Positions 10,779-21,255 of a stretch of DNA of 57,680 nucleotides are shown here, piece by piece (position 1 is the first letter of the stretch; each line of letters opens with the position of its first letter). The notes under the pieces were generated by a model. That model was not told where the DNA came from. It was given only the letters and a program-made list of their open reading frames with translations, and ran no database searches. Source of the DNA: a virus (taxonomy: Duplodnaviria; Caudoviricetes); the IMG/VR virus record IMGVR_UViG_3300024264_000039, positions 1-57,680 of that record, one strand, 5' to 3'. Made by a program: the position numbers and the translations under genes.

Positions 10779-13126
10779 TATGCTTTACCTACTTTTTCTG
10801 CTTGTTTCATTGTGTTGTATAATTTCTTAGATCCTTCTTCAACACTGCCATTACCTATACCACGTACAGCATCAGCAGTCATTACAAATTCATTTTTAGA
10901 TAACATAGCGGGGACATCATCGGCTCTTTCTTTAATACCGACCGGTACAAAACCACCTTCATCTCTGTAGTCTCTTTCAACTACACCTGCATTATTTTTT
11001 CTCATTTGACCTGTTGGTACATCACTTATGCCACCCACTGATTTAAATGTTTTACCTGTTAGTTGAAATATCTCTGCTTCAATGTCGGATACATCTTCAC
11101 CTTTACCAACTAACTGATCTCTTAAAATTAATAGTTCTGATACCCTGTTAGCACCACCTTTGTAACCTATTCTTCCGCCTTTAGCTCTATTTTCATAATC
11201 TATTCCTAATAAAAGTTCTAAAGGATTTCTATCTTCATTAAAATCTTCTAATCTAATTTTTTTGTTATGTTCTCTCATTTTCTCGTTTATAGGGAACCTA
11301 ATTTTTCCAGGTTTTAAAAATAATTGACCTTCATCACTATTTAAAAAAGCTTCTATGTAAGCTTGTTTTTCTGGAGACAATTTATCGTAGTCACTTGAAT
11401 CACGTTTAAAAGTACCTCTGTTATCATTTTTACCATCTTTAAATTTATCTGGAGTACCAAACATTATAGGGTCCCCAAAAAAGAATTCACTTGCACCATA
11501 TCTTCCTTCTTGAGCTATTTTACTATTTAAAAGTTTTTCTATTAAACTTTCATCTGTTCCATCTTTAAGACCTATTCTTCCGCCGTCTTTTTTACCAAGA
11601 CCTGCATTGATAGTTATTTGTTTTAATATTGCTGAATCATTAGGATAAGATCCAGGACTATTTAAAATTCTGAACAATTGTGGCATTGTATAAGACCTAT
11701 CTGTTCCACCAGCACCGCCAAGTTTTTTAAACAAATATGATTTTTCTGCAGAGTTAAAAGATATACCCGCAGCCATTTCCATATCTTCTTCATCTTCGTC
11801 ATCACCTGTTTCAACGTCAATAGTCATGATACCCACTTCTGCTTCTTCTGGTTTAGAACCGAACTTTAATCCTATTCTGCCACCGTCTTTTTTACCGAAA
11901 ACAGATAAATCTATTACTTCACCCTCAAGTCCTGGCGGTATTGAATCTGCAACTATGTTTAATCCATATTTTATTGCATCAGACTTAAGCATTTTTTCTA
12001 ATTTTATTCCTTCAGGACCATAATTTTCAACTAATACTACTTCTGGTTCTCTTGTTATATCAAAATCCTCCAGAGTATATGTAGATTTATTTGCATCTGG
12101 ATCATTAGACTCATAAAATTGTTCCATGATTTCGTCTGGAGTTCCATCAGCAAATCCTATTCTGCCACCATCTTTTTTACCACCAAAGAAATTAGTTAAG
12201 TAACTTGCGTACTCTTCTTGTTTGTCTCCTTTAGCTATTTCATCATAAGTTTCTTCTGTGATATCTACTCCAGCGTCCGCTGCTAATGCTCTAGCTTCTG
12301 CGTATGATCCAGCGAAAGCTATTGCTCCCATTACTGCTGCTTTGTCAATAGAACCATCCTTATTTGTAAAAGCTGCTTTACCAAATTTTTTACCTAGCTC
12401 TAAAGCTTTATTGCCAAGTTTTGAATAATCAAAATCTTTAACTTTATCTGCTGCGGTTTTAAATAAATTAAATTCTTGTGACGCTGCTTGTTTAACATCG
12501 CCTACTAAAGACATGTCGGAAGCGTCTACTAATGCTTCTGTAGCTGTACCTGCGTAATCATTTAAATTTGTAGGTATAATTTCTGTACCTGCGTAATCAT
12601 TTAAATTTGTGGGTATAATTTCTGTAGTTGTTCCTGAGTAATCATTTAAATTTGTGGGTGTAATAGTTTCATTTACTCCTTCGACTCCTGTAGTTCCTCG
12701 GTTCGAGAAGAACTTACCAAGACCCGTCTCTGTTCCTATAGGAGAACTGAATCCACCTTTAAAACCTTGTAGTCCACCTGTGAATGCTCCACCATCTCCA
12801 AAAGGGTTACCTTGAAAACCTGCTCCACCTGCATATCTTGCTAACTGACCCCCACCGTAATTCATAGCTCCAGATTTTAAACCTGCACTAATACTTCCTG
12901 TTTGATCGAATGTACCTATTCCTGACATTGCTGCTGCAACTGCCGGGTTAAATGGTGCAACAAAGGGTGCAGCTTTAACGGCTATGTCTGCTATTTCATT
13001 AGGTATAATTTTTCTTGCAAATTTTTTAAGTTTACTTCCTAAGCCAAATTTTTCTCTAGGTGCAACTTGCATGATGCCACCATTTGCTTGTAATTGTCTG
13101 TTCATTAAAGATCTAGATATCGCCAT
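10778..13126 (-). CDS. Internal virion protein with repeated GGRIG modules
   Basis: 782 aa; four (K/R)xxGGRIG repeats, three PTNLNDY repeats, and a C-terminal DDVPAMLSKNEFV motif like that in phage tape-measure/ejection proteins. Confidence 0.65.
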   Translation of the reverse strand: MAISRSLMNRQLQANGGIMQVAPREKFGLGSKLKKFARKIIPNEIADIAVKAAPFVAPFNPAVAAAMSGIGTFDQTGSISAGLKSGAMNYGGGQLARYAGGAGFQGNPFGDGGAFTGGLQGFKGGFSSPIGTETGLGKFFSNRGTTGVEGVNETITPTNLNDYSGTTTEIIPTNLNDYAGTEIIPTNLNDYAGTATEALVDASDMSLVGDVKQAASQEFNLFKTAADKVKDFDYSKLGNKALELGKKFGKAAFTNKDGSIDKAAVMGAIAFAGSYAEARALAADAGVDITEETYDEIAKGDKQEEYASYLTNFFGGKKDGGRIGFADGTPDEIMEQFYESNDPDANKSTYTLEDFDITREPEVVLVENYGPEGIKLEKMLKSDAIKYGLNIVADSIPPGLEGEVIDLSVFGKKDGGRIGLKFGSKPEEAEVGIMTIDVETGDDEDEEDMEMAAGISFNSAEKSYLFKKLGGAGGTDRSYTMPQLFRILNSPGSYPNDSAILKQITINAGLGKKDGGRIGLKDGTDESLIEKLLNSKIAQEGRYGASEFFFGDPIMFGTPDKFKDGKNDNRGTFKRDSSDYDKLSPEKQAYIEAFLNSDEGQLFLKPGKIRFPINEKMREHNKKIRLEDFNEDRNPLELLLGIDYENRAKGGRIGYKGGANRVSELLILRDQLVGKGEDVSDIEAEIFQLTGKTFKSVGGISDVPTGQMRKNNAGVVERDYRDEGGFVPVGIKERADDVPAMLSKNEFVMTADAVRGIGNGSVEEGSKKLYNTMKQAEKVGKA
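12545..12670. repeat. Intragenic tandem repeat, 3 units of 39-45 bp
   Basis: Repeated GTAATCATTTAAATTTGT core, encoding PTNLNDY(S/A)GT three times. Confidence 0.9.
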
Positions 13127-13182
13127 AATTTAAATATATTTATACTGTTAAGCAGGCGTAGAAATCCTGTAAATATTATACT

Positions 13183-14145
13183 TTATTTGATTTTCTTGGG
13201 CTCGTCAACAGATTTGAGGGGCCTACTTCCTTGCCACAAATCATCTCTAAACCGACCACAAAATTGATACTCTCCTACGTGAGAAATGTAATCATTTATA
13301 TAAGCGTATACTTTACCACCTATATCCGCCCATCTTTGACAAAACCCAAAGTCTTCTCCAAAATAACGTTTTGTTTTAAGGTCATGTAATGTGTCAAATA
13401 AATTAAACATATTGGCTTTCTTTTCTTCTTTACCATTAATTATAGTAGGTTGATAAATTTCTAATTCTGGATACTCTTTAATCATTTTCTCCAATACTTC
13501 TCTTTTAATTAACATGCATCCAGTAGGTGCATGTGAAAGTTCTATTACACCATTTGTACTTTGAATGTTATCAGGATCTTCTACTTTAACAGGAAAGGTA
13601 AATCCAGATTTAGATAAATCATCTGCTGTTTTAATTGCATCTTCTTTTTCATTTAATCTTCTCCAAGTTTTATCCCAACTCAGCATCTTCATTGGATATG
13701 GACAAGAAATAATATCTTTGTCTAAATCTAACATTTTAAATATAGTAGACCCATTAAAATCAATATCAGAATCTATAAATAATAAATGTGTGTATTGATC
13801 AGGATGGTTAAGCATTTCGGCTACACACAAGTTTCTACCTTGTGTGACAAGAGACGATTTTAATAATGTGAAACTAACTTGTATTTTTTTAGCCCAACAT
13901 TCTTGTTGAAATTTTAAAACGGCTTGACAGTAATGCATACTTACATCACTATGACATGGAGTACACACCATAATTTTAATATCTGGGGCAACCCCTAATT
14001 TTATTTCTGTTACTTCTCCATCGACTGTATTAGTTTTTATAGTTTGATAAGTGTCTTTATTAGGAATTATGGTTTTAGTCGAAGTGTCTTTAGTAAACCA
14101 AATGGGTTCATTGTTTTGGCCCGAGGCCTTATTGCTTTTTTGCAT
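13183..14145 (-). CDS. Glycosyltransferase, GT-A (family 2-like)
   Basis: CTP, RN, LLFIDSDI (DxD), TGCMLIKR, GEDFGFC and H-x-G motifs; start moved to MQKSNK at 14145. Confidence 0.8.
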   Translation of the reverse strand: MQKSNKASGQNNEPIWFTKDTSTKTIIPNKDTYQTIKTNTVDGEVTEIKLGVAPDIKIMVCTPCHSDVSMHYCQAVLKFQQECWAKKIQVSFTLLKSSLVTQGRNLCVAEMLNHPDQYTHLLFIDSDIDFNGSTIFKMLDLDKDIISCPYPMKMLSWDKTWRRLNEKEDAIKTADDLSKSGFTFPVKVEDPDNIQSTNGVIELSHAPTGCMLIKREVLEKMIKEYPELEIYQPTIINGKEEKKANMFNLFDTLHDLKTKRYFGEDFGFCQRWADIGGKVYAYINDYISHVGEYQFCGRFRDDLWQGSRPLKSVDEPKKIK

Positions 14146-15076
14146 TAATTGCTCCTTGTAAAAATCTAGTCCACGAAGCGGCCTGTTTAGACCATCCATA
14201 ATATAAATTAGTATAGCCAGACTGTGTAGTTAAATGATTGTGAATAGTAGGTTCATGTAGAGTTTTAGCTGCTGCTTCTATGCCGTAAGCAAATTTTTCA
14301 GCTAATCTTTTATAATCTTTGTCATAAGGTATATACATTGGAAATTCAGCACCTGTTTCAAAAAGAGCTCCATAATTTGTAGTAATACAATATAACCCCG
14401 CTGCCATAGATTCTAATAAAGATATACAAGATGTTTCTTCAAAGATACTTGGATAAACGTACATGTTATAGTCTTTGATGTGTTCTCTAATATATTCATT
14501 AGATTTATAACCAATGTAATTTACATTGGGAAGTTGTTTTGCTTGTTCATACAAAGCTTTGTAATTGTGGTCGTTAGCTTCGTAAAAAGATTTTCCATAA
14601 ACTTCACAAGAAGAATATACATCTAAACTAATTAAAGGGTTCTTAACTAATTGCATTGCACCTAATAATACAGATAATCCTCTCCAAGGAGTATTTTGAT
14701 GTATAATTCTAAGAGGTTGGTCTTCTTGATAAGGTTTAGTTTTTTCTATTTTTTCAATACCGTTTTTAATGACAATACATTTGTGATCAGGTAATCCAAA
14801 CATCATTCTAAATTTTTCATGATTCCAATGTGAATTAAAAACGTACCAATCATATATGTTATGATTAGCTTTATTCTTAAACCATGGATATAAATTAGGT
14901 TGATCGTAAGAATTTTTTTGCCAAAGAATATTTACTTTATTTGGATCTATAGGTAGTTTACCAGGAATACTAGTACAAATTTGTGCTTGATCCAATAAAC
15001 TTTTATTTACATACTTAGTTAAAAATCCAAGTTGTAATTCGGTGCCGCCTTTAGGACTTTGGTTTAGTATTTTCAT
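14129..15076 (-). CDS. Glycosyltransferase, GT-B (family 4-like)
   Basis: N-terminal GGTE, RGL, YPSIFEETSCISLLESMAAG (EX7E), GAL-x-E. Confidence 0.85.
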   Translation of the reverse strand: MKILNQSPKGGTELQLGFLTKYVNKSLLDQAQICTSIPGKLPIDPNKVNILWQKNSYDQPNLYPWFKNKANHNIYDWYVFNSHWNHEKFRMMFGLPDHKCIVIKNGIEKIEKTKPYQEDQPLRIIHQNTPWRGLSVLLGAMQLVKNPLISLDVYSSCEVYGKSFYEANDHNYKALYEQAKQLPNVNYIGYKSNEYIREHIKDYNMYVYPSIFEETSCISLLESMAAGLYCITTNYGALFETGAEFPMYIPYDKDYKRLAEKFAYGIEAAAKTLHEPTIHNHLTTQSGYTNLYYGWSKQAASWTRFLQGAINAKKQ

Positions 15077-15251
15077 TTTGTTTATTCATAACTTTCTGCA
15101 TTAAATCTAATCCTTTCGGAGAAACTTGAACTGTAACATCTGACACCACATCAGCTCCTTCTAATTTTTCTGTAGAGGTTTCACCCGTTTTTGTATTTCT
15201 ATATGTTGTAATAGTTGTACAATGTATTTTTACTATATTATCCATTTTCAT
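15051..15251 (-). CDS. Hypothetical protein
   Basis: 66-aa ORF overlapping both neighbours. Confidence 0.6.
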   Translation of the reverse strand: MKMDNIVKIHCTTITTYRNTKTGETSTEKLEGADVVSDVTVQVSPKGLDLMQKVMNKQNENTKPKS

Positions 15252-15573
15252 TCTCTCTGTTTAAAAGTGCATAACTCACAACACCCGTTACTTCATTTGC
15301 TGTATCTGCTTGCATCTTTATAACATCTCCTGCTTCTAAGTTCAAGGTATTTACAATCATATTTGCAGAATTTTTATTAAGTTGCACATGACCTATTTCT
15401 ACATTACTGCCTCCAGATTTTTTTAAATATAAATCAGCATCTACATTGGATGCATCTTGATGGCTTGCTTGTACCGTTTTTACAATCGCTATAGCTGAAA
15501 TTGATATAGTCAAAACTGTAGTTAAATTAGTTGTAGTTAAATCAAATACTTCGCTTTTATAAAAAATACTCAT
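15238..15573 (-). CDS. Hypothetical virion protein
   Basis: 111 aa, beta-rich with LEAGD motif, downstream of the tail nozzle gene. Confidence 0.65.
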   Translation of the reverse strand: MSIFYKSEVFDLTTTNLTTVLTISISAIAIVKTVQASHQDASNVDADLYLKKSGGSNVEIGHVQLNKNSANMIVNTLNLEAGDVIKMQADTANEVTGVVSYALLNRENENG

Positions 15574-15734
15574 GATAAAAAATAATTAAAGGTATCTTGT
15601 TCATTTTTTAAATCTTCTTGAAAAGAAAAATTAAGTTGTTGTTTCATTGTAGTCATAGACTCAATAATTTGTCTTTGATTTTCTACATCATATTCTTGTT
15701 TGGGTTCAGGTATGTAGTTAGTTAATTTAGCCAT
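15570..15734 (-). CDS. Small tail-associated protein, not in the ORF track
   Basis: MAKLTNYIPEPKQEYDVENQRQIIESMTTMKQQLNFSFQEDLKNEQDTFNYFLS (54 aa); ATGA overlap with the next gene. Confidence 0.65.
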   Translation of the reverse strand: MAKLTNYIPEPKQEYDVENQRQIIESMTTMKQQLNFSFQEDLKNEQDTFNYFLS

Positions 15735-15749
15735 TATGCTTTATTTATT

Positions 15750-17666
15750 TTATCTCCTTCCGTCTGGTTGCGCATCCATTCTAAAACTACCATAACGCCA
15801 AGTTTCGCCTGCAGCATCATTTTCTATTTTTAATGATAGTAGTCTTCCTCTCGCTCTGGTGTCTACTTTATCAGTAGTGCTGGTTATTGTAAAGGGTCCA
15901 AGTGGCGACCCTGTTTGAGTATCTGAGGGATAATCAGATATAAATAAAGTTACTTTAGAATTACCTACTAAAAATTTATAGTCTGGCATAAATCTTTTCA
16001 TCGACATAAATAATTCTCCATCATCAATATCAAAATCCCCAGATCGTATAAATGCATCTATTGAAGTTGTACCTGAACTATTAACTTGATCATTTCCTAT
16101 TTCATGAGCATAATAAATACTAGCACCATATTTATTAGTAACACCAGATATCATAGAACACACTGGAGTAGCTGTAGTGTCATATTCAGTTGCATAAGGG
16201 TTTTCAAAAACACCTTGATCTTGATAAGTGCTACGAGCAAGAGATGAAGTAGTCCATACATTTTCTTGATAGTTATACGTTACACATCTGTCTATTTGTT
16301 CAGATCCTGATTTAGGATAAAACCAATTTACTTCTGTATATAAAGAATTAGGTGCAGAATAAATAGTAGCTGAAGATTGATAGTTAAGACCTAAATTTCC
16401 ATTTTGAACTGTGAATACAAAATCCTCAACTAAACAAGGAAGAGCCTTGACCGTACCATCATACATAAAAAAACCACCTTCATTAGACATCCAGTAAACA
16501 GCTCCATTAACATAACTTGCTGCATGCTGTGCAATACACCCGCAATTAGTTCCTACTTGTCTAACTGAAAAAGTAAAGGGAGGTCCTACAAATTGAATAA
16601 CATAAGCGGCAACATCTGTTAATACAAAAACATAATCCTTACCTTGAAGGACAGCTGTAATTTTGTTTCCAGTATCTAATCTAAATGTTCCTGCCGTATT
16701 AGTAGCTGTGGGTAAATAAGTATTTAAATCTTCTTGATTTGAAAATCTTACAAACATAGGGTCTTGGGTATTAGGTGTTCCTATGGTTGTTTCAGTTCCA
16801 AAATGAAATAAATGTCTATCTCTATCTGAGACTAAAGTAAATCTGCTAGCTGTTGGATTAGCATTCGTAGAAAAATCTGCTGTTGCTGTTGATGCTCTTA
16901 TTGTTCTAGGATTACTAGCACCTGCATTCCAAGTAAACGTTTTACCATTAAATATAGTTGCAACTAAAACTTCACCAAAATTATCTAAAGACCAATTACC
17001 TGGATCTAACGTTACGTTACTAACAGTTCTTTCACTTCCCCAAGTAGAGTCTCCCCATAAATAGGTACTCCAGCCATAACCTGTTGTTTGAAACGTGGGT
17101 CCAATTTCAACATATGGATTAATCGTTGCAGCGCCTACAGCAGTCGTATTACCGGTAGCATTGGTTCTCATTACAATATTAAAACTATTTGCATCATTAA
17201 CTTGTACTATTTCAAACGCTCCTATTTCAAAATCATCAGCCACATAGCCTGAAGTTGGGGGAGGAGTAACCGACGTAAAAGTTATATATTTTCCTAAAGT
17301 TAAATTATGCGATGTTTTATTTACTGTTACAGAAGTTGAAGAGGCGTTAGTATCGAACGTAGCTCCAGTAATCGCTGTATCTAATGGAGTAATGTCATAA
17401 AAAGCTTCTCCATAATATAAAAATAAACCTTGTGATGTTCCTATGGCCGTATATCTTTCCCCTTTTAAACTAGTAAAAGATAGTTGAGCTCTTGCTACTC
17501 CAGGTAATGTTTCATTAGAAACAGTTAATTGTTCCCATCCACCTATTTTTTCAGGTGCTGTATATCTAAAACGTACAAAATCTCCATCTACCCATTGTCC
17601 AGGAAGAGCGGAAGGTACGCTTTGTTTATTAAAACCAGGTGCAAAGTCTACTTTTTTAAGTGCCAT
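15750..17666 (-). CDS. Tail nozzle / DNA stabilisation protein (P22 gp10 / T7 tubular B-like)
   Basis: 638-aa beta-rich protein, VRF near the N-terminus, ends DAQPDGRR; position in the podovirus tail module. Confidence 0.75.
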   Translation of the reverse strand: MALKKVDFAPGFNKQSVPSALPGQWVDGDFVRFRYTAPEKIGGWEQLTVSNETLPGVARAQLSFTSLKGERYTAIGTSQGLFLYYGEAFYDITPLDTAITGATFDTNASSTSVTVNKTSHNLTLGKYITFTSVTPPPTSGYVADDFEIGAFEIVQVNDANSFNIVMRTNATGNTTAVGAATINPYVEIGPTFQTTGYGWSTYLWGDSTWGSERTVSNVTLDPGNWSLDNFGEVLVATIFNGKTFTWNAGASNPRTIRASTATADFSTNANPTASRFTLVSDRDRHLFHFGTETTIGTPNTQDPMFVRFSNQEDLNTYLPTATNTAGTFRLDTGNKITAVLQGKDYVFVLTDVAAYVIQFVGPPFTFSVRQVGTNCGCIAQHAASYVNGAVYWMSNEGGFFMYDGTVKALPCLVEDFVFTVQNGNLGLNYQSSATIYSAPNSLYTEVNWFYPKSGSEQIDRCVTYNYQENVWTTSSLARSTYQDQGVFENPYATEYDTTATPVCSMISGVTNKYGASIYYAHEIGNDQVNSSGTTSIDAFIRSGDFDIDDGELFMSMKRFMPDYKFLVGNSKVTLFISDYPSDTQTGSPLGPFTITSTTDKVDTRARGRLLSLKIENDAAGETWRYGSFRMDAQPDGRR

Positions 17667-17687
17667 AAGCTTGAATATACAAGGTTT

Positions 17688-18014
17688 TTAATTTTTTGGT
17701 AGTATTATATTCCAATCTAGCTTAGATATCAAATCTTCTAATTGTACATCTTTCACATTATTCTCTCTTAAATATTGATGTAATTCTTCTACATCCACAA
17801 TAATCCATTTATCAATAAAAAATACCATTTTATCCGCTTTAGTTTTAAAGCTGCCTATTTTAAATCCTTCTTTAGTAAGGGGTCTTGTATCAAATTTTAA
17901 TTTTTGATTTAATCTATTTTTAAGAACTCCTGATATATTCCATAATTCTTTCTGTTGTTGATTGGGAGAAGCGTAGGTAATATCTTCTAAATACTTTTTA
18001 AATTCATTTAACAT
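17688..18014 (-). CDS. Hypothetical protein
   Basis: 108-aa ORF overlapping the carbamoyltransferase stop. Confidence 0.65.
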   Translation of the reverse strand: MLNEFKKYLEDITYASPNQQQKELWNISGVLKNRLNQKLKFDTRPLTKEGFKIGSFKTKADKMVFFIDKWIIVDVEELHQYLRENNVKDVQLEDLISKLDWNIILPKN

Positions 18015-19434
18015 ATAATTTATTTATTTCAGGTAAATAGATATATTTTAATTTACTATTATTTATAAAATTCATCATATCTTCTTTAGTTTCTACTAAT
18101 ACTTCTCCTGGTAAATTTAAACTTGTATTTACTAACATAGGCACTTTAGTTACTTTATAAACTTCTTTTAACAAATCATAATAATGTTTATTTGTTTGAT
18201 CCACCGTTTGTACTCTACAAGAATCATCTACGGCGTATCCAGTGTAAATATTTTTTTTATTTTTTATCTTATATGCCTTCATCATATATGGGCTGTCTAT
18301 TTCTTTACCAAACCATTTAGAAGTTTCTTCTTTTAAACAACTTAAAGAAAACGGTCTATACCATTCTCTTTTTTTTATTTCGTTAATTTTATTAAAAGAT
18401 TGTTTACAAGTAGGACTTATCAATAAGGATCTATAACCTAACCCTCTTTGACCTTGTTCACTTCTAGATTGAAATATTGCAACAGGTTCTTTTTTTAATA
18501 TGCTGGCTACTTCATTTACTGTAGTTTTTCTTAAATTTTTAAAATTTAATTTTTGAGGTATGCCTAAATCTATATTATTTATTCTTATATTATTATTTGT
18601 GTAATAATTAGCTGCACCTAAACTTATACCAAAGTCTCCATTAAAAGGACTAAAAAAAATGTTTTTATTATTTTCTTCTAACTTAGAATTAACTAAAACA
18701 TTTTGTGCGACACCCCCTGTAAATACAATTTTATAATTTTCATAATCTTTAAAAAACCAAAGCATATCTTTTTCAGTGCAAAATTGTAAACTGTATGCTA
18801 TGTCCCTAGCAGTCTTGTTTGTTTTCTTTATTGTTTGTAGTGGTTTAATGTTTAATGATTTATTAGTATATTTTCCATATAATGAAAGTGCCATTGTTTT
18901 ACCTTCTGTAAGCCAGCAATCTCCCATAAGTGCATTACTAATCTTTTGATATCTTTTACCTATTTTTTGAAAAGTTCTTTTGTCAAATGTAAGTTCATTA
19001 TTATAATAATTATAAACACTTTCTGTTTCATGCTCCTCTGTTCCGTAATATGTTTTTTGTAAACTTCCACTACCGTCCATAACAATAATTTTACATGGAT
19101 GAAATTTGTTCCAAGTTAAAGCTTCATAAGCATGAAATAAATGGTGATCTTTATTTGCATACTGAATAACTTCAACATTTTGTAATTTATCTAACCATTT
19201 TTTACTAGTGTGAAAAATACTATTTATAATGTTAGGATAGTCCCAAAACAGACATGTAATAATTAGCTTGTCAAAAGGTATTTCATAAAAATAATCTAAA
19301 AGTTTTTTTGATATGAAAGGACAGTGTTTTATTCTGTTGTATCTATCTAACTGTGTGTGAAATATTACTTTATTATTATCTACATAGGTAGCAGAACCAT
19401 CATGATCTAAATATAAAGATAATATTTTAGTCAT
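18004..19434 (-). CDS. Carbamoyltransferase (NodU/CmcH/TobZ family)
   Basis: HDGS, HHLFHA, DGSG, EGKTMAL, GGVAQN, GDFGISLGAA, QRGLGYRS, KKREWYRPF, RVQTV and NTSLN motifs of the Kae1-like and YrdC-like domains. Confidence 0.92.
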   Translation of the reverse strand: MTKILSLYLDHDGSATYVDNNKVIFHTQLDRYNRIKHCPFISKKLLDYFYEIPFDKLIITCLFWDYPNIINSIFHTSKKWLDKLQNVEVIQYANKDHHLFHAYEALTWNKFHPCKIIVMDGSGSLQKTYYGTEEHETESVYNYYNNELTFDKRTFQKIGKRYQKISNALMGDCWLTEGKTMALSLYGKYTNKSLNIKPLQTIKKTNKTARDIAYSLQFCTEKDMLWFFKDYENYKIVFTGGVAQNVLVNSKLEENNKNIFFSPFNGDFGISLGAANYYTNNNIRINNIDLGIPQKLNFKNLRKTTVNEVASILKKEPVAIFQSRSEQGQRGLGYRSLLISPTCKQSFNKINEIKKREWYRPFSLSCLKEETSKWFGKEIDSPYMMKAYKIKNKKNIYTGYAVDDSCRVQTVDQTNKHYYDLLKEVYKVTKVPMLVNTSLNLPGEVLVETKEDMMNFINNSKLKYIYLPEINKLYVK

Positions 19435-20036
19435 TATAAATTAAAGACTAAACCTATTCTGTTTTCGTCTACAGGGTGAACAGGTACTTCATGATATAAC
19501 CAAGAAGGCCACATTAGTAAATTACCAACTACAGGTGAGTATTTTATTGTTAAACAAGTATTTAAATTTTTTTTATCTTTAACTGGCCAAGGGTCATACT
19601 CTCTTATATGAATTGGATCATTAAATACCACAGGCGCTGAGTTATCAGGAACTTTTAAATATAATATTCCAGATAATTTATAGCTATGAATATGTCTTTC
19701 TTGAAAAGAACCTTGATTTAATTCAGTAGCAAATATGTAAGGATCAAATTTTTTTGATAGTTTATCATAATCAAAACCAAGTTCTGTCACAAAAATATTA
19801 GCTATATCTTTTAAATATTTTACAAAACCTTTAAAATCTTTTTCGAGAGCTAAATTAGTATCTGTATCGTAGGTAGTTTTACCAAGATAAAATCTATCTC
19901 TATTAATTTTATTCTTATTTAAATGTTTTAATGTGGGTTTTAATAATTTATCGGACCACTCTTTAGCGTTTCCTGAATAAACAGGAGAACTAAACCATTG
20001 TTCGATAATATAATTATTCGACTCCCTGGTACTCAT
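19434..20036 (-). CDS. 2OG-Fe(II) oxygenase (TIGR02466-like)
   Basis: HIH...SGILY...WPSWLYHEV...R pattern. Confidence 0.85.
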   Translation of the reverse strand: MSTRESNNYIIEQWFSSPVYSGNAKEWSDKLLKPTLKHLNKNKINRDRFYLGKTTYDTDTNLALEKDFKGFVKYLKDIANIFVTELGFDYDKLSKKFDPYIFATELNQGSFQERHIHSYKLSGILYLKVPDNSAPVVFNDPIHIREYDPWPVKDKKNLNTCLTIKYSPVVGNLLMWPSWLYHEVPVHPVDENRIGLVFNL

Positions 20037-20640
20037 TCGGTAAACCTATATATGGTCGTCTATCGTATTTATTTTTTTCAGACCCTTTAGTTGCTACATT
20101 ATTGTAATGTAAAAATACTTGAGCACAATCTTTACCTTCAAAAGGCTCTCTCCAATGTTCTAGTATATTACCTCTATAAACCAACATATCACCTTGATTA
20201 AGATTTACTTTAACACCTTTAGTGTTTCTTTTTTTATTTTCTGCTATGTATATAGGCCAAGGATCCCCACCAAGAAACAATGTAGTAGATATTTCACAAC
20301 TAAATCTATCTTTATGTCTATGTAAGATGTCTCCATTTTTATATATCCTTGCGTAAGTGTAATTTGGATACAATTTTAATCCTGTTGCTTTTTCCATTTT
20401 AGGTTGAACAGCAAGTAGTAAAGTTTCAAAAGTTATGTCTGAATAATGAGCATACGTATTTGGAACTTGGTCATCACCAAATTTACCATGCGTTGCCTCA
20501 TGTAAATAAGGCCATTTGTTTGCATGTAAAAATTTAGATATTTCTCTTTTTAAAAGAAAATAGTTATATAAAAATCTTGCTGTAGGTTTAGTTATTATTT
20601 TTTTTACAACGGTAAAACCTTTTTTAAATTCTGGTGTCAT
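20014..20640 (-). CDS. 2OG-Fe(II) oxygenase
   Basis: HKD...CEIS...GD...HWR...QVFLHY (HxD...H triad). Confidence 0.85.
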   Translation of the reverse strand: MTPEFKKGFTVVKKIITKPTARFLYNYFLLKREISKFLHANKWPYLHEATHGKFGDDQVPNTYAHYSDITFETLLLAVQPKMEKATGLKLYPNYTYARIYKNGDILHRHKDRFSCEISTTLFLGGDPWPIYIAENKKRNTKGVKVNLNQGDMLVYRGNILEHWREPFEGKDCAQVFLHYNNVATKGSEKNKYDRRPYIGLPNEYQGVE

Positions 20641-21254
20641 AATTTTAATTCCGATCTATGGTCTTTCATACCTATTTCTCCTTTTATAAAAGAATTAAAT
20701 GCAAGAGTAATTCTTTCTTTATTATTATTGTTTACCCTAACTTGATGTCTAAGTCTAGACGGAAATAAAGCTAATGTATGTATTTTATTTTCTACAGTAT
20801 GATGTGTTGTATTTATTGGATTAACTTCTTCACAATCTAACTGAAAATAAGGAAATACTGTGTTAGCATACTCTCTATCAATATCACAAAAAGTATTTTC
20901 TTCTCCTTGAATATAAAAAGTCCCACTAATTAAACTATTTGGATGATTATGCATATGGTGGTAACTATCTTTTGGATTAAAATTAAACCACGATTGAGTA
21001 ACATATATTTTTTGTTTCTTATTTAATTTTAAAACATTATACGCTAAATTATCTAATTCTTTTTGAATAAACGATTTTATATATTTTAATTTATTGTCTT
21101 CTAAAACATGAGAAGATTTACTAATATAATTATTACCTACATTAATCCTACTTTTATCTTTGTAGGTTTTTATATAGTCTAATTGTTCTTTATTAAATTT
21201 ATAGGGATCTGATTTGTAAAAAAACAAAGGAAATATTAAATCAATATCAGGCAC
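20637..21254 (-). CDS. 2OG-Fe(II) oxygenase (TIGR02466-like)
   Basis: SW-x-N...HNHPNS-x-ISG-x-FY...FPSRLRHQV...RITLAFN; GTG start. Confidence 0.85.
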   Translation of the reverse strand: MPDIDLIFPLFFYKSDPYKFNKEQLDYIKTYKDKSRINVGNNYISKSSHVLEDNKLKYIKSFIQKELDNLAYNVLKLNKKQKIYVTQSWFNFNPKDSYHHMHNHPNSLISGTFYIQGEENTFCDIDREYANTVFPYFQLDCEEVNPINTTHHTVENKIHTLALFPSRLRHQVRVNNNNKERITLAFNSFIKGEIGMKDHRSELKL

Positions 21255-21255
21255 A

